64,000 nt of DNA from an uncultured Methylomirabilota bacterium (GCA_963845565.1 CAWJSJ010000005.1:320001-384000), one strand, 5' to 3'; positions 19,401 through 29,931 are shown, numbered from the stretch's first letter. The notes: generated by a model from the letters alone, not told the origin. Made by a program: numbers and translations.

Positions 19401-19449
19401 AACCGACAACCGACAACCGACAACTGAGAACCGACCACCGGCAACTAAG
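19401..19449. repeat. Heptamer tandem repeat (AACCGAC), about 7 degenerate units
   Basis: AACCGAC x3, AACTGAG, AACCGAC, CACCGGC, AACTAAG. Confidence 0.75.
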
Positions 19450-19520
19450 GCCACCGACCCCTTTCCCTTTTTCAAATCGCGGTTGTCCGTTCAACCCTTT
19501 GCATTGCAGCGGAGCTGACC

Positions 19521-20795
19521 ATGCCATCTCAAGTGATCATGCCCAAGCTCTCCGACGCCATGACCGAGGGACGCCTTCTTCAATGGCTCAAGAAGGAGGG
19601 GGATCGCGTCCAGGGCGGTGACGTCTTGGCGTCTATCGAGACCGACAAGGCGGAGATCGAACTGGAATCCTTCGGCGCCGGCGTTCTGCGGAAGGTCCTG
19701 GTGGCCGAGGGGGACATGGTGCCCGTGGGCAAGCTGATTGCCATCGTGGCCGAGCCGGACGAGGATATCTCGTCGCTCCTCGCCGGAGCCACCCAGGCGG
19801 CCGCGCCGCAGACCGAGGCCAAGGCGCCGGCGGGGGCAGCCCCGGCGCCGTCGACGCCCACCGCGCCTCCGAAGGTCGGGACGAAAGGGTCTCCAGCGCC
19901 GCCCGCACCCCCCTCGCCGCCACCCGCGGCGGGATCGGGTTGGATTCCTGCCTCGCCCATTGCCCGCCGTATGGCACGCGACGCGGGGGTGGATCTTGCC
20001 AAGATCGCCGGCAGCGGACCGGGGGGACGGATCCTGGAACGCGACGTGGAGGCCCACGTGGCCACCCAGGCGCAACGCATGGGGGGCGCGGATGTGCCGG
20101 CGGGTGCCCGCGAGTTCGAGGACAAGGAGCTCAGCGTCATCCGCAAGACCATCGCGGGTCGGATGCTGCAGAGCAAGGCCCCCATCCCGCACTTCACGGT
20201 CACCGTCGAGGCGGACATGGGCGCCGCACAGGAACTGCGGACCTCGCTCAACGCCGTTGACCCCGAGGCCGAGAAGCTCAGCGTCAATCACATTCTGATC
20301 AAGGCGGTGGCGCTCGCCCTGAAACGGCATCCGGCCATCAATGCCGCCTATCAGGATGGTAAGATCCGGCTGTTCAGCCGGGCCCATATCGGCGTGGCGG
20401 TGGCTCTGGAGGACGGGCTGATCGTGCCGGTAATCCGCGAGTGCGACCGGAAGAGCCTGGGCGAAATCGCCCGGGAGGCGAAGGGGTTGATCGAGCGGGC
20501 GCGCGGCAAGAAGCTCCGTCCCGAGGAATATTCCGGTGGGACGTTCGCCATCTCCAACCTCGGAATGTATGAGGTGGTGGAGTTCACTGCGGTGATCGAT
20601 CCCGCCCACGGGGCCATCCTGGCGGTGGGCGCCATCGAGGAAAAGCCGGTGGTCCTGAACGGCCAGATCGTCGTCCGACACCGGATGCGCCTGACCGGCT
20701 CCTTCGATCATCGGATCATCGACGGCGCCATGGGTGCCAAGTTTCTGCAGGAGGTCAAGAAGATCCTGGAGAACCCGGTTCAGCTCTTGCTGTAA
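19521..20795 (+). CDS. pdhC: Dihydrolipoamide acetyltransferase (PDH E2)
   Basis: Lipoyl domain ETDKA, E3-binding ASPIARR...GSGPGGRI, catalytic DHRIIDG. Confidence 0.95.
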   Translation: MPSQVIMPKLSDAMTEGRLLQWLKKEGDRVQGGDVLASIETDKAEIELESFGAGVLRKVLVAEGDMVPVGKLIAIVAEPDEDISSLLAGATQAAAPQTEAKAPAGAAPAPSTPTAPPKVGTKGSPAPPAPPSPPPAAGSGWIPASPIARRMARDAGVDLAKIAGSGPGGRILERDVEAHVATQAQRMGGADVPAGAREFEDKELSVIRKTIAGRMLQSKAPIPHFTVTVEADMGAAQELRTSLNAVDPEAEKLSVNHILIKAVALALKRHPAINAAYQDGKIRLFSRAHIGVAVALEDGLIVPVIRECDRKSLGEIAREAKGLIERARGKKLRPEEYSGGTFAISNLGMYEVVEFTAVIDPAHGAILAVGAIEEKPVVLNGQIVVRHRMRLTGSFDHRIIDGAMGAKFLQEVKKILENPVQLLL

Positions 20796-20818
20796 CCAAC
20801 CAGTTCGGACTTCCTCAC

Positions 20819-20865
20819 AGGCCCTCTTGCCCGCCCTGGCGTGCCCGCGAGAGGGCCTTTTGTTT
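20819..20865 (+). terminator. Rho-independent terminator after pdhC
   Basis: AGGCCCTCTTGC...GCGAGAGGGCCT followed by TTTTGTTT. Confidence 0.65.
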
Positions 20866-21071
20866 CCCCCGGTTCTGTTTTCTCTTGACGCCCGTGGACG
20901 CCTGAGATACGTAGCACCATGTCGGCCTCTTCGCGATGGCTCCAGATCGCACCGCCGTCTATTCGGGAGCCGCCATGCGCCATCGGCCAAATCCACGAAC
21001 CGTTCGGGGCCAGTACCGCCGCGGCGCGTCGATCCGCGAACCCATCAACCCACCCGAACTGGAGGGACACC

Positions 21072-21536
21072 ATGTCGCCTCGTAAAGCGACTCCGACGAA
21101 ACGCCGGGACGCCACCATCGCTCCCGGCACCGGGGGAACGGCCAGCGTCGTGAAGGTGGGCCAGAAGCGGTGCCGCCCGTTCCTGCTCCAGGTCATGGTC
21201 TTCAGCCCGGAGGCGGGCTACAAGTTCGAAGTGGTGGTGGAGAAGGGGTGCACGCCGGAGAACGATCCGATCTGGAAACTGGTCTTCGATCTCTACAAAC
21301 AGAAGCGAGATGGCTTCGACCAGATTGTCCACGTCTCCTTCAGGGCCGGAACGGCCGCGGAGAGCGAGGGGCTCAAGCGCATGGCCCTCCAGGGCGTCTC
21401 CGAAAAGCAAGCAGACCTTCTCACGGGACCGGTGTACGATGCCGCCAAGACCCTGGAGGGCGTCTCGACTCCGACTCCGCAGCACAAAGAAAGGATCCGC
21501 ACCTCGATCGGCAAGGTTGCGACCGTCGAACTCTGA
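21072..21536 (+). CDS. Hypothetical protein (154 aa, no signal peptide)
   Basis: GGAGG RBS, coding-like codon usage, 18 nt upstream of the next gene. Confidence 0.75.
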   Translation: MSPRKATPTKRRDATIAPGTGGTASVVKVGQKRCRPFLLQVMVFSPEAGYKFEVVVEKGCTPENDPIWKLVFDLYKQKRDGFDQIVHVSFRAGTAAESEGLKRMALQGVSEKQADLLTGPVYDAAKTLEGVSTPTPQHKERIRTSIGKVATVEL

Positions 21537-21554
21537 TCCACTACGGATGCCTAC

Positions 21555-23363
21555 GTGACGAGCTTTCGGATGAGCCGTCGCAGGTCTTTCGCCCTGGTCT
21601 TGTGCCTTGCTCTCCCGTTCGTCCGGGCGTTGCCGGCGTGGTCGCAGCCGGATCAATGTCGGGCCGACATTGCGGCGGCGGATGGCTATGCGATCCGGGC
21701 GATGCGGGTGGAAGGGCGATGGACGCCGCAGCTCTCGCTGCCCGGTGGAGACTATTCGCCGGACAAGGTCTCAGAGGCAATCGGGCTCGTTCGGGAGGCG
21801 CTCGACGCCGACCGAAACCGCGACGCGGAGTTCGAAGGGATCGGCGCCGTATCCATCCTGCATATCGACTCGTGTGTCCGAGCGGTTGACGAGACGACAT
21901 GCCGGGCGGGCGTCGGGAACCCGAAATGCGTTGAGGTTGTGATTCGGCCGCACGCGTTGCGCCTCTTCCTGGCCCGGGTCGGCTCAAACGTCTTGCCCAT
22001 TCCCCGCGCGAATCGCCCGACCTTCTTTGGCGAGGTGCCCGCGCCGCTGCTTGCGTTGAATCCTACCGTCGGGACGGCGTACGATAGTGCGTTCGGACTC
22101 TCGCTGGGTGCGGGGATTTCCGCAAATCTGCTGGATCTTCCGAAGACCCTCGGGGGCGAGCCGGTCACTCTCAGCGACACAAAGCTCCAGTTCCAGGCGA
22201 GCGGCCGAACGTCACTCACCGAGCCATTCTACAACGCGTACACAGACCTCACGTTTTCCCGGCGTCGGTTCGACGGTGCCGTTCACGACATCGCTGTGAG
22301 CGGATACTACACGGCGAATGACGTGCCCCTCGGCGAGAGCAGGTATGCGAACTCCGCCCTCGGCTTAGGCGGGAGCGTCGGGTTTCGACCGCGCCTCGAG
22401 CCCTTCACGCAGATCACCCTTGGTGCAGCCTATCGGTGGTCGCGCAACGACCTCTCCTCCGGCGCCGTGTCCCGGGTCGCCACGGAGAATGCCGGCGAGG
22501 GGCGGGTCATGGCGGACGGGTATCTGGCGGGCGGCTTCCTGCGACTTGCCTTGTGGGGTGACGTGGCGGCACCGACGGGCAACCCCGAGTCGTATCAGCG
22601 TGTTGTCGGCATGGCCGGGTATGGGAAGGAGTTCGCCATCGCCCTGAACCAGACGATCGGCGTGGAGGTGCTCGCGAGCGGCGGACACGCCTGGGGCACC
22701 CCGCCGGAGTACGCGCGCTTTTTCGGGGGCAACTCGGCCAAGAGCTTCCTGTACGATGCACGGGATTCGGCGGCGCTCACCTCGTTCCCCCGGGGCCCCC
22801 TGATCCGGAGTCTTGGCGAAGGGCAGGCCGGTGTCAGCACCGGGGCGGGAGGCATTCGAGGCGGCACGTCGTTCTGGGGTGTCAGCCTGAATGTCAGCAT
22901 CCCGATTCCCCCCTGGTCCCGCCCGCTCATTCCCAACGAGGTGGTGGACACCCTCACCGATCCGGACGGCACGCAGCAGGACGTGACCCTGAAGGAGGTC
23001 CTCAAGCAGCAGGTGGGTCAGGGGGAACGCCTCCTGAGAAGCTCTCTCGCGAGGCAAGGATTGCCCCCGGATGAGGCGACGGCCCAGGCCCGGGGCACCT
23101 GGAAGGAAATCCAGCCAGTCGCCGATTTCATCGCGGACCAGGCGAACCTCTTCTCCGTGAAGCCGCTTCTCATGTTGGACGTGGCGCAGATCCTGGCCGC
23201 CGCCGCCGGCGAGAGTCGGGTCCGGGTGGCGATCGGGGGCGGGCTTCAGCTCACCATCGTTGTCGCTCGTTTCGAGATCGGCTATCTGTACGCCGTGCAG
23301 CGCGCCCCCGGCGACGATCGCGGGAACCTGTTCGCCCGCCTGACCTTCCAGAATCTGTTTTGA
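21555..23363 (+). CDS. Putative outer-membrane beta-barrel protein, Omp85/TpsB-like
   Basis: Signal peptide, amphipathic strands, C-terminal GGGLQLTI...FEIGY...FARLTFQNLF ending in Phe. Confidence 0.65.
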   Translation: MTSFRMSRRRSFALVLCLALPFVRALPAWSQPDQCRADIAAADGYAIRAMRVEGRWTPQLSLPGGDYSPDKVSEAIGLVREALDADRNRDAEFEGIGAVSILHIDSCVRAVDETTCRAGVGNPKCVEVVIRPHALRLFLARVGSNVLPIPRANRPTFFGEVPAPLLALNPTVGTAYDSAFGLSLGAGISANLLDLPKTLGGEPVTLSDTKLQFQASGRTSLTEPFYNAYTDLTFSRRRFDGAVHDIAVSGYYTANDVPLGESRYANSALGLGGSVGFRPRLEPFTQITLGAAYRWSRNDLSSGAVSRVATENAGEGRVMADGYLAGGFLRLALWGDVAAPTGNPESYQRVVGMAGYGKEFAIALNQTIGVEVLASGGHAWGTPPEYARFFGGNSAKSFLYDARDSAALTSFPRGPLIRSLGEGQAGVSTGAGGIRGGTSFWGVSLNVSIPIPPWSRPLIPNEVVDTLTDPDGTQQDVTLKEVLKQQVGQGERLLRSSLARQGLPPDEATAQARGTWKEIQPVADFIADQANLFSVKPLLMLDVAQILAAAAGESRVRVAIGGGLQLTIVVARFEIGYLYAVQRAPGDDRGNLFARLTFQNLF

Positions 23364-23584
23364 GTGGCCGCGATCCCTGGGAGCCGGTGTCGATCAGCTA
23401 TCCCGCGCGATGGCTGGGGTTCTGGCGGATGCGCTGAGCAAATCGTCCCCACGTTTCCGCTTGACAGCTCGCGCTGGTCCCCCGGATACTCCCATCCGAC
23501 CTGCGGACAGCCAATCGCGTGTGCACGTCGACCGCCGTCCGCGCGAGGATTCCACACCTTGATCAACCAAAGGGGTACACACTG

Positions 23585-24577
23585 ATGCAACATATTCGCT
23601 TCGGCCCCACCGGGCTGCAGGTCTCCCGGCTCTGTCTCGGCACGATGACCTTCGGCCTGCAGTGCGACGAGACCACCTCGCACGCTATCATGGACGCGGC
23701 GACGGAAGGGGGCATCACCTTCTTCGACACCGCCGACGTGTATCCGCTCGGCGGCTCGCTGGCGACCGTGGGCCGCACCGAGGAGATTATCGGCCGGTGG
23801 CTGCGCGGGAAGCGGGACCAGGTCGTGCTGGCGACGAAATGCGGCGGCAAAGTCGGCCCCGCGCCCTGGCAGCAGGGTACGTCACGCAAGCACGTGCTCG
23901 CCGCGATCGACGCCTCGCTCAGGCGTCTCGGCACCGACTATGTGGACCTCTACCAGGTGCACCACTTCGACGCCGGCACGCCCGTGGACGAAACGGTCGA
24001 CGCCCTCCATGCGGTGGTGACCAGCGGCAAGGCGCGCTACGTGGGGGTGTCCAACTATCATGCCTACCGGGTCGCGCGGGCGCTGGGCCGAAGCGAGGCG
24101 CTGGGGATCACCCGCCTGGTGTCCGTGCAGCCGCGCTACAACCTGGTGTTCCGCCAGATCGAGCGCGAACTACTGCCGCTGTGCGCGGAAGAGGGGTTGG
24201 CGGTCATCCCGTACAACCCGCTCGCCGGCGGCTTGCTCACCGGCAAGCACACGCGCACCGCCCTGCCGTCGGAAGGCTCGCGCTTTGCGCTCGGCACCGC
24301 CGGCAAGATGTACGTCCAGCGTTATTGGCAAGAGCGCGAGTTCGCCACCGTGAGCGCGTTGGTCCAACTCGCGGCAGACAACGGGGTCGCGCCCGCCACG
24401 CTCGCCGTCGCCTGGGTGCTGGCCCATCCGGCGGTCACCGCGCCCCTCGTGGGCGCGAGCAAGCCAGAACAGTTGAAGGCAAGCATCGCCGCCGTCGACC
24501 TCACGCTCGACCCGACGCTCAAGGCGCACCTCGACGAGCTCACACATGACTACCGCATGGGCGACGCGGCGCGCTGA
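23585..24577 (+). CDS. Aldo/keto reductase
   Basis: LCLGTMTFG, FDTADVY, LATK, SLRRLGTDYVDLYQVH, YNPLAGG. Confidence 0.93.
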   Translation: MQHIRFGPTGLQVSRLCLGTMTFGLQCDETTSHAIMDAATEGGITFFDTADVYPLGGSLATVGRTEEIIGRWLRGKRDQVVLATKCGGKVGPAPWQQGTSRKHVLAAIDASLRRLGTDYVDLYQVHHFDAGTPVDETVDALHAVVTSGKARYVGVSNYHAYRVARALGRSEALGITRLVSVQPRYNLVFRQIERELLPLCAEEGLAVIPYNPLAGGLLTGKHTRTALPSEGSRFALGTAGKMYVQRYWQEREFATVSALVQLAADNGVAPATLAVAWVLAHPAVTAPLVGASKPEQLKASIAAVDLTLDPTLKAHLDELTHDYRMGDAAR

Positions 24578-24648
24578 GCGCGCGTTGATCTTACCCCTGA
24601 GTATCGGTCGAGTGGTCGAGTAACATTGGACCCCAGAGGAGGACCGCA

Positions 24649-25020
24649 ATGGAGTACGTCCGCAAGGTGGATTTCGCGGCCATCGACCGGAGCGGCGCCG
24701 ACGAGCGCCTGACCCAGGCGCTGCACGATCGGGCCTCCGGGGCGACGACCTGCACGATCAATTGCATCAAGACGCCGCCCGGCGGTGGCTCGCCGGCCGG
24801 CCGGCACGTCCACGACGTCGACCAGATCTTCTACATCCTGCGCGGAACGATGAGCGTCGAAATCGAGGGCCGGCAATCAGACTGCCCTCCCGGGTCGCTC
24901 ATCGTCTTCCCGGCCGGCGTGCCGCACCGCAACTGGAACGGCGGCAGCGAGCCCACCGTCCACCTCGCCTTCAATACGCCCTTCCCCGACCCCACGGTCC
25001 CCTTTGCGCGGTCCGTCTGA
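24649..25020 (+). CDS. Cupin domain protein
   Basis: HVHDVDQIFYILRG and PAGVPH cupin motifs. Confidence 0.88.
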   Translation: MEYVRKVDFAAIDRSGADERLTQALHDRASGATTCTINCIKTPPGGGSPAGRHVHDVDQIFYILRGTMSVEIEGRQSDCPPGSLIVFPAGVPHRNWNGGSEPTVHLAFNTPFPDPTVPFARSV

Positions 25021-25211
25021 CCTCGGCTGCGAGGGCATCTGTCGCCGGGCCCAACGCCTCCTCCGTCTGCGGCTGCTGACGTAACCCACCGTCGATCTGC
25101 CGGCGTTGAGCTGCCGGGACGAACCTACACTGACACGCAGATGAAAACGGCGGACACCGCCAACGGGAACCTTCGGGGCGCGGCGATAGTTCTCAACACG
25201 ACCATCGAGAC

Positions 25212-25988
25212 TCAGCGCAGCAAGTTCTTTGCGTAAAAGATCTCGGCCATCTCCCGTTTCACGCTCTCCTTGACCTTGCGCCGCTGCCCACGGTCGAGTT
25301 CCTTGGCCGTGGTTCCGAACAGGTAGTGGTTGAGTTGGAAGTCCCGCAGGACCATCTTGGTGTGGAAGATGTTCTCCTGGGCGAGGTTGAGATCCACCCG
25401 GTGGTACCGCTTCTTGATCTTGGCGGCGATAAACTGCTGGATGGTGCGGATCTTGTGGTCGATGAACAGCTTCTTGCCCCGCACGGTCCGGGTGAAACCG
25501 CGCACCCGGTAGTCCAGTTGGACGACCTCCGACTCGAGCGACCGAATCAGGTAGTTGAGCGCCCGCAACGGGGAAATCTTCCCGCAGGTGGCGATGTCGA
25601 TGTCAACCCGGAAGGTGGAGATACCGCTGCGCTTGTCGGTCTCGGGGTAGGTGTGGGCGCACAGATGGCTCTTGTCGAGATGGGCGAGGCTGAGGGCGCG
25701 CCGCGCCTTCCGCTGCAGCGGGCCCTCGGCAATCAGAACCGTCACGCTCGCGCCCATGGGGTCGTAGTCTTGGGACGAGATGTTAAGGATGGTGGCGCCG
25801 ATGAGGGTGGCCACACCCCGGAGGATCGTCTCCAGCCGCGTGGAGTTATACGCCTCGTCGAGGTACGCCAGATACTCCTTGCGGTCCGCGCGGCTTTTCG
25901 CGTAGCAGATGTCGTAGATGTTGAAGCTCAGGCTCTTGGTCAGGTTGTTGAACCCGCGGAGCTTGAGTTTCTTCAGATGCTTCTGCAT
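25212..25988 (-). CDS. speD: S-adenosylmethionine decarboxylase proenzyme (long, E. coli-type)
   Basis: [30 protein letters not shown] self-cleavage site, TCG..SPL. Confidence 0.93.
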   Translation of the reverse strand: MQKHLKKLKLRGFNNLTKSLSFNIYDICYAKSRADRKEYLAYLDEAYNSTRLETILRGVATLIGATILNISSQDYDPMGASVTVLIAEGPLQRKARRALSLAHLDKSHLCAHTYPETDKRSGISTFRVDIDIATCGKISPLRALNYLIRSLESEVVQLDYRVRGFTRTVRGKKLFIDHKIRTIQQFIAAKIKKRYHRVDLNLAQENIFHTKMVLRDFQLNHYLFGTTAKELDRGQRRKVKESVKREMAEIFYAKNLLR

Positions 25989-26339
25989 GTCGAGCCTCCT
26001 CGCCGAAGGCCACCACCGCGCCTAGTTTACCGCGGACCTTATGCACCAAAAACGGATCGGTGACAACGGAAAACTGCATGGCCACCCTTTTTGTCTGGGG
26101 ACGACGACGAGCGTGTTCTCTGCGAATTGCGGAAGGAGCATTCACTGGCGGCGGACAATGCGCGTCGGGCCGGTCGGTTGCGAATTGCGCAACCGGGCTG
26201 CTTGAGACCGCTTTCCCCTCGTCGCCGAAACCGGGGAGAGCTCGGGGACGACAGGCTTTTGGCGAGAACACGTGGGCTTGCTATACTCTCGACAATTCTG
26301 TGGGTTCTTCGAGAGTGGGGGCGTCCATGGACGATCCGG

Positions 26340-26578
26340 TGTTCATCGACTTGCGGAAGTACGTCGACGTCGCCGGTCGCGAAGGCGGGGACCATCTTTT
26401 TCTTGCCACCCAGAAAGAGACGCGGTACATCAATTGCGCCGACGCCTCTCTACCCTACTATCCAAGCCTTGTCCGCGATGTGCGTGAGCGCACAGAAACG
26501 GCGATGGCACAATCGCATTGCTTCAAGGTGATGGAACTGGCACTGACAGCGCAAGCGCAGGCCACCCGCCTGAACTGA
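26340..26578 (+). pseudogene. C-terminal remnant of a Gfo/Idh/MocA oxidoreductase
   Basis: IDLRKYVDVAGREGGDHLFL...RTETAMAQSHCFKVMELALTAQ with no Rossmann N-terminus upstream. Confidence 0.65.
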
Positions 26579-26709
26579 TTCGGCCGCGCCCAAGGGTGGC
26601 TCCGGACGACAAAGGGAGCACGGAGGGGACATGGTGGGGTGTCACCCTGGCTGAATGATGGGTGTTGCCCTCCTTCACCAATCTGAAAGCCTTCGGTCGA
26701 CCCGGTGGG

Positions 26710-26832
26710 CCTCCAGATTCGCCGGCAACTGCTGAGCTTGCTGGTAAACGGCGGGCGGTGCTCCGGAGGGCCGCCGCCGCAGGGGGCCGGCGCGGGCTGG
26801 TTGAAGCGTGAAGGGGACAACACCATTCCCTG
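26710..26832 (+). repeat. Non-coding ~120-nt element, copy 1 (candidate structured RNA)
   Basis: 72/94 identical by manual ungapped alignment to 30069-30162; folds as a long irregular hairpin. Confidence 0.7.
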
Positions 26833-26873
26833 CATTCCCAAATAGGAACCGCGCAATCCCCCAGGAGGAACCC

Positions 26874-27794
26874 ATGACACGAAAGCCCCTGAAAGGCCCT
26901 TTCCCATTGATGCCCTTTGTCGTGCACGCGAACGGGGAGCTGGATTTGAAGGGGCTCAAGCATAACATCGGGCTCTATGAAAAAGCTGGGGTGCCCGGCT
27001 ATATTGTCTTTGGCTGCATGGGGGAATGCTACGCCCCCAGTTTTGACGAGTTCTGCCGGGTGGTGGATACGGCCATGGAAACGACCAAAGGGATGGCGGT
27101 GGTCGTCGGAGTGACCTATCACAACACCGGAGAATGTGTGCGGCGGGCCCAATATGCCGACAAGGCCGGGGCGGATGGGGTGATGGCCGGCCCCCCGTAT
27201 TTGATCCCGTGTAGCAACGAGGCGGCAGTCGCCCACTATCGGAGACTCAACGACGCCGTGGGCACCCTGCAGATTCTGGTCTACAACAACCCCGCGTCGT
27301 TCCATTTCAATATCACGCGGGCGCTTTGGGATAAGCTGATGACCTTAGACAATGTCAAGGCCGTCAAGGAGTCGAACGGCGATACCGGGCATCGCGCCAA
27401 TGTGATTGCCCACATTGCGCACCGCATCAACGTGTTTTCTGGCAGCGAGCATTGGTTCCTCGCCGATTCCCTGGTGGGCGCGAACAGCTTTGTGGGCATC
27501 GCGGCTCCGGGGGCGCTTGCCGCATCTCTGGCCTATTATGACGCATGCATGAAACGAGATCTGGCCACGGCGACTCCCTTCTACATCAAGTATAACGACC
27601 TCGTGACCGATATTACGGGCCAGAACGAAGTCGCCTGGCTGAAAGCATGCGCCGAGTCTGGTGGGTTGCGGGCGGGGCCGCCCCGACTCCCGTACCAGCC
27701 GCTGGATGTCACAATACGCCGGCGCCTGGAAAAGAAGTTGAAGGGCCTCCGGGGGTTGGCGACTAGCTACGGTCCTTCGACACCGACGCGGTGA
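26874..27794 (+). CDS. DapA/DHDPS-family class I aldolase/lyase
   Basis: GCMGE, PPY, YNNP, VKES Schiff-base Lys; AGGAGG RBS. Confidence 0.88.
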   Translation: MTRKPLKGPFPLMPFVVHANGELDLKGLKHNIGLYEKAGVPGYIVFGCMGECYAPSFDEFCRVVDTAMETTKGMAVVVGVTYHNTGECVRRAQYADKAGADGVMAGPPYLIPCSNEAAVAHYRRLNDAVGTLQILVYNNPASFHFNITRALWDKLMTLDNVKAVKESNGDTGHRANVIAHIAHRINVFSGSEHWFLADSLVGANSFVGIAAPGALAASLAYYDACMKRDLATATPFYIKYNDLVTDITGQNEVAWLKACAESGGLRAGPPRLPYQPLDVTIRRRLEKKLKGLRGLATSYGPSTPTR

Positions 27795-27868
27795 GCCGTA
27801 TGATCTCTCCCGGAAGGGATCTCGCGTGATCCCCTGGACGGCGTGGTTGGACACGACAGGAGGAAGCG

Positions 27869-28756
27869 ATGCGACGGGACATCGAATTCGATGCTGAAGG
27901 AACGCGCTTGCGTGGTTGGCTCTTTCTGCCGGCGGCGCCCGCCGGTCGGGTGCCGGGCGTCGTGATGGCGCACGGCTTCACCGCGGTAAAGGAGATGTAC
28001 CTCGACAGGTACGCCGAGGTGTTCGCCGCCGCCGGCCTTGGGGTGGTCGTGTTCGACCATCGGAATTTCGGTGCCTCCGGTGGCGAACCCCGCGGCGAGA
28101 TCGACCCCTGGGCGCAGGTCCGCGACTACCGGCACGCCATCAGCTTCGCCCGGACCCTTCCGGAGCTTGACCCGGACCGCCTCGGGATCTGGGGTACCAG
28201 CTATAGCGGGGGGCACGTCCTGGTGGTCGGGGCGCTGGACCGGCGGGTGCGCTGCGTGGTCAGCCAGGTGCCGGCGATCAGCGGGTATCAGGCCGCGCTC
28301 CGCCGCGTACCGGCCGCGCAGGTTCCGGCTTTGCTGGAAGCCTTCGTGGCAGACCGGGAACGGCGCTTCCGCGGCGAGCCACCTGCCATGCGCGCGGTGT
28401 TGCCGCGGCAGCCCGGGGAGCCGGCGGTGTTCACCGGTGCGGATGCCATCGAATTCTTCCGCGAGGCCGCCCGCCGCGCGCCCACCTGGCCCGAGGAGAT
28501 CACGCTCCGTTCGGTGGAAATGGCGCGCGAGTACGAGCCGGCCGCCTACATCGCCCGCATCAGCCCCACCCCACTGCTGCTCGTCGCTGTCACCGACGAC
28601 GCCCTGACCGGCACGGACCTGACGCTGGAGGCCTACGAGCGGGCCCTGCAGCCCAAACACCTCGTGCTGATCCCGGGCGGGCACTTCGTTCCCTACGTCC
28701 AGGAGTTTCCGACCTCCAGCGGCGCCGCTCGGGACTGGTTCCTCCGCCATCTCTGA
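27869..28756 (+). CDS. Alpha/beta hydrolase
   Basis: VMAHGF, FDHRNFGASGGEPR, GTSYSGG nucleophile elbow, GGHF. Confidence 0.9.
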   Translation: MRRDIEFDAEGTRLRGWLFLPAAPAGRVPGVVMAHGFTAVKEMYLDRYAEVFAAAGLGVVVFDHRNFGASGGEPRGEIDPWAQVRDYRHAISFARTLPELDPDRLGIWGTSYSGGHVLVVGALDRRVRCVVSQVPAISGYQAALRRVPAAQVPALLEAFVADRERRFRGEPPAMRAVLPRQPGEPAVFTGADAIEFFREAARRAPTWPEEITLRSVEMAREYEPAAYIARISPTPLLLVAVTDDALTGTDLTLEAYERALQPKHLVLIPGGHFVPYVQEFPTSSGAARDWFLRHL

Positions 28757-28964
28757 GCCTGCCGGTGTCGGGCCGCTGTCGCCCCTCGTGCGTGCATTGC
28801 GGGGCGGAGGCAACGGGGGGACGACTCAGTGCACTCCGCCGGCGATTCCCTTTCGGGACAAGCGCGACGCGATGGGTCTCCAGATCACAGTCTCCGTCGG
28901 CCGATGCCAGATCGCGCCTTCACGCGCCCATGCGTGGGGGCGCAACCTTCGTCGAGCCGCCGCG

Positions 28965-29360
28965 TCAGTCGATGAGTCTCAGCGTGCGAAGTTCCGCCAG
29001 GAGCTTTGCCTTCTGGATGGGTTTGACGAGGAAGCAGTCGCAGCGCTGTGCACGGGCCTGCAGGATATTGGCCTTGTCGGCTAGAGCGGTGGTCATGATG
29101 ATCTTCACGCGGCCCGGCCCGGCGATGCTGCTCGCCGCCTCCAGCCGCCGGATTTCCTGCAGTGCCGCCTGGCCGTCCATCTCCGGCATCATGATGTCCA
29201 GGCAGATCAGGTCGTACGGGGCGCCCGCCTCGAGTGCGGCGCGCACGGCGGCGACTGCCTCCGTGCCAGTGGCGGCGAGGTCGGACGGGCCATAGCTCTT
29301 CAGGAGTTCGTGCAAGAACCGGCGGCTGGTGACACTGTCGTCCGCAATGAGTGTCTTCAT
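28965..29360 (-). CDS. Single-domain response regulator (CheY-like)
   Basis: LIADD, LDIMMPEMDG, MTTA, LVKP; AAGGA RBS. Confidence 0.9.
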   Translation of the reverse strand: MKTLIADDSVTSRRFLHELLKSYGPSDLAATGTEAVAAVRAALEAGAPYDLICLDIMMPEMDGQAALQEIRRLEAASSIAGPGRVKIIMTTALADKANILQARAQRCDCFLVKPIQKAKLLAELRTLRLID

Positions 29361-29583
29361 GGTGTCCTTCGTTGGTGGTGGCACAGGGTTACGGGCTGTT
29401 GTCAGCGCGTGCATCAACCGGGCGAACCACGTTCCCTTCATCGGGCATTGCGTACGAATTGGCTTCCCGGACGTCCGCTAGGCCGCTGCGGAAAAAGACC
29501 TCGTGCGCTATACGCCACCACAATCCACCGCCCGGAGGGATCTTGCTGACCGGGCGGATGCGGCGAGAGCGACGAGGAGCGGG

Positions 29584-29931
29584 TTACCCGAGGGCAGGCG
29601 GAGCGCGCGGGGGGCGCGCCCGGCGGGATGGCGCGACCGCGGGGGCGGGTTTGGGACTCAGGCACAGGCCGAGCAGTGCGAGGATCGGGAAGAGCACCAG
29701 GGCGCCGGTGACGACGCTCGCGCCGGTGTCGTAGCTCCACTGGCACTCCACGCACCGGCGCGCGTCGAGGCCGCCTTGGAGATGGGTCAGATCATGGACC
29801 CCGACCAGGGTGGCGAGGAGGATGATCGCCCCGACTACCCCCCAGGCGCACATCCTCGGGGCGGCTTGCGTTGCCGAGTCCCCCGAAATGCGCGCTGCCC
29901 GGTGGCTGTACTGCACGAACGCAGTCCGCAT
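29584..29931 (-). CDS. DUF2946-like membrane peptide with CxxC and C-terminal RAPP motif
   Basis: Hydrophobic helix, VHDLTH, CVEC, second hydrophobic stretch, ...RARPPRAPPALG; start uncertain. Confidence 0.65.
   Translation of the reverse strand: MRTAFVQYSHRAARISGDSATQAAPRMCAWGVVGAIILLATLVGVHDLTHLQGGLDARRCVECQWSYDTGASVVTGALVLFPILALLGLCLSPKPAPAVAPSRRARPPRAPPALG

Noticed and set aside
17291..20795. Absence of lpdA (E3) from the pdh operon
   Set aside because: E3 is commonly encoded elsewhere; not unusual
25080..25210. attC-like sequence after the cupin gene
   Set aside because: No matching RYYYAAC/GTTRRRY ends or cassette array
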